Virus record (IMG/VR): IMGVR_UViG_3300048927_000250
Span: 1 to 64,000 of that record
Reading direction: 5' to 3' (one strand)
DNA length: 64,000 bases
Both the position numbers and the translations under genes were made by a program. Under the pieces are notes generated by a model that was given only the letters and a program-made list of their open reading frames with translations, was not told where the DNA came from and did not search any database. Below are positions 63,010 to 64,000 of the stretch, one piece after another; within the stretch, counting starts at the first letter, position 1, and each line of letters opens with the position of its first letter.

Positions 63010-63507
63010 TTACACAAGGCTGTAGCGTTGTGGGTTAATGAGTTTGTCTTCTTCGAGCGCGAGTAGGCATTCCCGGTATTGTTTATCTTGTTCGCATACC
63101 GCGGCAGTGGCAAAGTAATCACGCAGGGACTTAATGTCATTGGTGACGACCCAGTGCGCGAACTGGAGGTTGGTCACCAACTCTAACGGTGTGATGGGTA
63201 AGTTTCTGGTTCCACCGGTGAGCGACAGGGTAACCACCATCTCCTTCCCAATTCTAACCATCTCTTGCAAGGTTTCGACTTTGCGTCCTGCACCCAATAC
63301 GTAATCGTAGAAAGCGCGCCCCTGGTCAGTCTTAAGGCGTTGACCTTCGATAAGGCGGACTAAATCCGTGCGGTAGTTCGTCAATTCTTTTACGGTAAGT
63401 TCTCCGTAGCGCCCGCGGTTGATGGTCATCTCGAGTGATTCCATTGGGCGATTAGGGCGACCGCTGTTCAGGTTAAGTGTTCTTAAAAAATCTGTTTGTC
63501 TTGACAT
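63010..63507 (-). CDS. Hypothetical protein (paralog of 15463..15693)
   Basis: Preceded by TAAAACTACGGAG; YxxLTVxEL motif. Confidence 0.65.
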   Translation of the reverse strand: MSRQTDFLRTLNLNSGRPNRPMESLEMTINRGRYGELTVKELTNYRTDLVRLIEGQRLKTDQGRAFYDYVLGAGRKVETLQEMVRIGKEMVVTLSLTGGTRNLPITPLELVTNLQFAHWVVTNDIKSLRDYFATAAVCEQDKQYRECLLALEEDKLINPQRYSLV

Positions 63508-63515
63508 ATCGAGCA

Positions 63516-63528
63516 CTCCGTAGTTTTA
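63516..63528 (-). promoter_or_regulatory. TAAAACTACGGAG promoter/SD motif, copy 4
   Basis: Exact repeat directly after a cUUCGg terminator. Confidence 0.6.
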
Positions 63529-63530
63529 AC

Positions 63531-63556
63531 AAGGGGACCGAAGTCCCCCTTTTTTT
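63531..63556. terminator. Terminator hairpin (cUUCGg loop on the - strand)
   Basis: AAGGGGAC-CGAA-GTCCCCCTTTTTT on the + strand. Confidence 0.7.
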
Positions 63557-63560
63557 AAGG

Positions 63561-63971
63561 TTAGAAACCGGTGAAAGACACACCGTCGATTTTACCGCCT
63601 TTCAGCACCAGCACTACATTCGGGTTACGTGACTTGTTGGCACGTGTGTAATGCGGCACTGGGCGTTCGCCAGGAATATCAGAACGTTCACGACCACCCA
63701 AGGTGACGGCTACACGACTGGTACCGTACATCGCATCCACCGCAGAACCAATGCGGTCGAAGTCATCCAGAGACAGCGTCAGTTCGCTGATAGCCGGTGC
63801 ACTCTCTTTGGCGTTCACGCGGTTAACCAGATTTTCGATAGCATTACCCATTTCTTTCCAGGAATGAATATTCAGGTAATGGCCAAAATCCATGGTCGCC
63901 TTCAGGTCCATTTCGTTGGTAAAGTGTTTATCTACACAACGGTCAATGGCCTTCAATATCGGTTTAATCAT
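63561..63971 (-). CDS. Hypothetical protein
   Basis: 136-aa ORF in operon orientation. Confidence 0.6.
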   Translation of the reverse strand: MIKPILKAIDRCVDKHFTNEMDLKATMDFGHYLNIHSWKEMGNAIENLVNRVNAKESAPAISELTLSLDDFDRIGSAVDAMYGTSRVAVTLGGRERSDIPGERPVPHYTRANKSRNPNVVLVLKGGKIDGVSFTGF

Positions 63972-64000
63972 TGGTGCGCAGGTACGGTTTTCGATGTAAT

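Noticed and set aside
18668-63547. Repeated GGGACTTCGGTCCC sequence (about 18668, 28844, 34393, 63534)
   Set aside because: Explained as the common cUUCGg-loop terminator core; the flanks differ, so it is not a mobile repeat.
1-64000. tRNA genes, CRISPR arrays, integrases/transposases
   Set aside because: No T-loop/cloverleaf signatures, regularly spaced direct repeats or recombinase motifs found by eye; a tRNAscan/CRT run would be the definitive check.

Overview
This window is 64 kb of a phiKZ-like jumbo phage genome (Chimalliviridae-type). The host is probably enterobacterial, possibly Erwinia/Pantoea-like; that is inferred from an AmsF/WceF-like depolymerase and from enterobacterial-type bL12 and NrdA motifs. 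Left end (+ strand): a 5'-truncated collagen-like tail fibre, its chaperone, and six paralogous virion proteins arranged as a duplicated triplet. 8.4-37 kb (mostly - strand): an accessory and nucleotide-metabolism region with a DHH phosphoesterase, Lar-like protein, EreA/TraB-like hydrolase, DUF1353, Gp49/66-like protein, PhoH, ThyA, depolymerase, Ntn-hydrolase pair, SspB, DUF4262, extended dUTPase and DUF488-like protein. 37-58 kb: the conserved phiKZ head/RNAP/tail block (prohead protease, gp176-like, gp177-like, virion RNAP beta and beta', a 2.2-kaa tape measure with a GH19 domain, gp182-like). 58-64 kb: small hypothetical genes. No tRNA, CRISPR array, intron, intein or reverse transcriptase was seen. 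Three signals stand out. (1) An unannotated 56-aa microprotein is essentially a free-standing copy of the redox-active C-terminal tail of ribonucleotide reductase NrdA. (2) One ORF carries the N-terminal (L10-binding/dimerisation) domain of ribosomal protein bL12 without its C-terminal domain. (3) That ORF sits in a tandem array of four otherwise unrelated ORFs sharing a C-terminal NxxGTxxxP-basic tail. All family assignments are motif recognition by eye; no database searches were run.
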